DNA of 62,843 bases, filler included, from Barthelona sp. PAP020 (lineage: Eukaryota): the NCBI GenBank assembly GCA_040182905.1. It is 4 parts of 4 records of this genome, joined end to end, with 100 filler letters (N's around TTAATTAATTAA, not from the genome) between each part and the next. Parts side by side here need not be neighbours in the genome. Positions count along the whole stretch, not along the records: positions 47,288 to 62,843 come from JARQWU010000279.1; 3 more parts are not named here. One strand, given 5' to 3'. Made by a program: the position numbers and the translations under genes. Shown here piece after piece: positions 60,931-62,843 of this stretch. The notes under the pieces are model-generated. The model did no database searches. It was given only the letters and a program-made list of their open reading frames with translations, and was not told the origin of the DNA. The first letter of the stretch is position 1; each line of letters begins with the position of its first letter.

Positions 60931-61881
60931 TCAATTTTTTTTTCGTTGCTTTACAAATACAGGTCTACGGTTTCGCAACACTTTTAGTGAAGATTGAAGA
61001 TTCTTAATTTGTACCCTAATTTTCTCTATTTCTTTGTCAATTCTTGTCAACCTTAGTGGATAAGTGACTATTTCTTCATTCAAAATACTTACCATTGAAT
61101 AAGAACCATTGGTAATTGAATCACCAACAGATCTTATTTGCATTGACAATGCAGCAATCATCTCCATTACACTTGTTTGAAAATTCGTCAAGTCATCCAT
61201 CCCAACCAAAGAATAGCTAACATCTTCAGTTAATAGAACTCCAACCATCTGTTGATTCAAATCAATGGAAGTTAAAAGACTCTTTTGCAATATCTCTGAT
61301 TTTTCACCACATTGAGATATGCTTTCTTTTATCTTATTGACATGTCTGTTGTTCAACTCATAAAATTCCTTTTCAACAACGCATATTTGATCATTGTAAA
61401 AATCGTCAAGCTTATCTTGCAACGTATTCATTAATGACCGATACTTGACCTTGGCTTTTTTGATGTCGTTCTTCAAGTTCATCTCATCATGCATCAATTT
61501 TTGCAACCCACTTTTGGTTTTATCCGCAACAATCATATCCAAACCATTGAGTAAATTCATTTGTTCTGTTATTACATCAATATTTTGGTGAATAGCCGAT
61601 AATTTGTCTGATAAATGAATTTTTAACCTATTTTCCGTATCGTTCAATCTATTATTTAATTTTTCATGTTTGTTTAAAAAATTTGTGGTTTTATCAATTG
61701 CATTCATCATTTCTTGTTCAATTTCTTCTTGTTTTACATAAATAACTTCCATTTTAGTATCTATTTGATCCAATACTTTCATTTTAGTATCTTTATGAAT
61801 CGTTTCAAAGATACTTTCGATGTTTGCTATTCTTCTATTCAAATCATTAATTTCATGATTATCAGAAGATTCATATGACAT
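60931..61881 (-). CDS. Hypothetical coiled-coil protein
   Basis: 316-codon heptad-rich ORF. Confidence 0.65.
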   Translation of the reverse strand: MSYESSDNHEINDLNRRIANIESIFETIHKDTKMKVLDQIDTKMEVIYVKQEEIEQEMMNAIDKTTNFLNKHEKLNNRLNDTENRLKIHLSDKLSAIHQNIDVITEQMNLLNGLDMIVADKTKSGLQKLMHDEMNLKNDIKKAKVKYRSLMNTLQDKLDDFYNDQICVVEKEFYELNNRHVNKIKESISQCGEKSEILQKSLLTSIDLNQQMVGVLLTEDVSYSLVGMDDLTNFQTSVMEMIAALSMQIRSVGDSITNGSYSMVSILNEEIVTYPLRLTRIDKEIEKIRVQIKNLQSSLKVLRNRRPVFVKQRKKN

Positions 61882-62634
61882 GATTAAATTATTATTTAAT
61901 CAATGAACAATGTTAAATCTGTTTGAAAAAATATTTTTTAAAAAATATTTCACATTTTTCCTCATTTTCAATTATTCATTCGTTTAGTTAACTTTTAAGT
62001 CATCAACTTTTCTTGTTTCCTAATTTATTTGAAATTCTTTAGTTTTTTCCAATCAAAAATTAATATCATTCTTCACTTGATAAATTGTGTGTTCAAATAA
62101 ACATAGTTCATGCAATATTTTTCTTTATTTTTCCTTTTATGTCATACAAAACTGTTCCCTTTTGAACCAAATTCAATAAATCAATCAAAAAGAATTCCTT
62201 AAAAATTGGCCAAATTGATGATAATTTTGTTGAACTAACGCCATAGATGATCAGATAACTATCTTTTTTTTTTAATCCGAAAGTACTTGTCCCTTCCAAA
62301 GCGATGGATCAACACACAAGACAATATTTATATATCGTGGAAGGAAATTCATAAGAGGGCAAAACGGGGAATATCGGGATGCATTCGTGCATGTCAATTA
62401 ATACTTCACATCATGCTAACTAAGGTTCTATATTCCTAATCTCTAAATACTGAAGTTTTATGATACAAAATTTCAGCAGTCAACTTTGGCTTTGCGGGAA
62501 AAATTTTTCCAGTGCAATTTTTTGGTAATCTTTACACAAGTTTGAATTTCAAATTTTGAAGAAATTCATCAAAAATTTCACATTTATGAACAGTACAGAA
62601 TCACAAGAGTGGATTCTGCTTTTAAAGGGCGGTC

Positions 62635-62843
62635 AGTTCACAAACCAGAATCAAAGCAAGAATTGACAAACACAAACTAACCAACTTCTCATCCTATAAT
62701 CTTTATAAAAGCTTTTATGATCATTTTCAGTTTTGAAGACATGAAGTTCACAAACCAGAATCAAAGCAAGAATTGACAAACACAAACTAACCAACTTCTC
62801 ATCCTATAATCTTTATAAAAGCTTTTATGATCATTTTCAGTTT
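62635..62843 (+). repeat. Tandem repeat with a 110-bp unit (runs off window end)
   Basis: 62745-62843 is identical to 62635-62733. Confidence 0.92.

Noticed and set aside
62635..62843. CRISPR-like array
   Set aside because: Head-to-tail identical units with no spacers, in eukaryotic DNA.
1..62843. Non-standard genetic code
   Set aside because: Conserved genes read through fully in the standard code and end in TAA, TAG or TGA at expected positions; internal stops occur only in frameshifted remnants.

Overview
AT-rich, gene-dense, intron-poor nuclear DNA of a microbial eukaryote. It is probably a flagellate (LRRC49, Tctex-1, kinesin-13-like), and its intron signals resemble those of metamonads. 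The window is four unrelated contigs (1-15782, 15883-31517, 31618-47187, 47288-62843, in decreasing length) joined by artificial 100-nt N/TTAATTAATTAA spacers, so adjacency across spacers is meaningless. It carries about 35 genes. Housekeeping genes include Misato, SGT-like TPR, TBC-TLDc, SCYL1, UBE3A-type HECT, RPF1, RPS27, DPM2, STI1, COMMD, INO80B-like, UFD1, DYNLT and TMEM144. Several enzymes look prokaryote-like (Lnt-like acyltransferase, YdjM-like hydrolase, HisC/CobD-like aminotransferase, GH13), and there is an expanded ankyrin/WD40 family. Highlights: (1) a 1708-aa fusion of an XPG/Asteroid-type PIN nuclease to a Spindle-E/TDRD9-like DEAH RNA helicase; (2) ankyrin and WD40 proteins that share an unrecognised C-terminal module, like an adaptor repertoire; (3) small structured non-coding elements with inverted ends, one of them multi-copy; (4) 36-37 nt introns with the branch point fused to the 3' splice site. 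All family assignments come from motif recognition by eye, not database searches.
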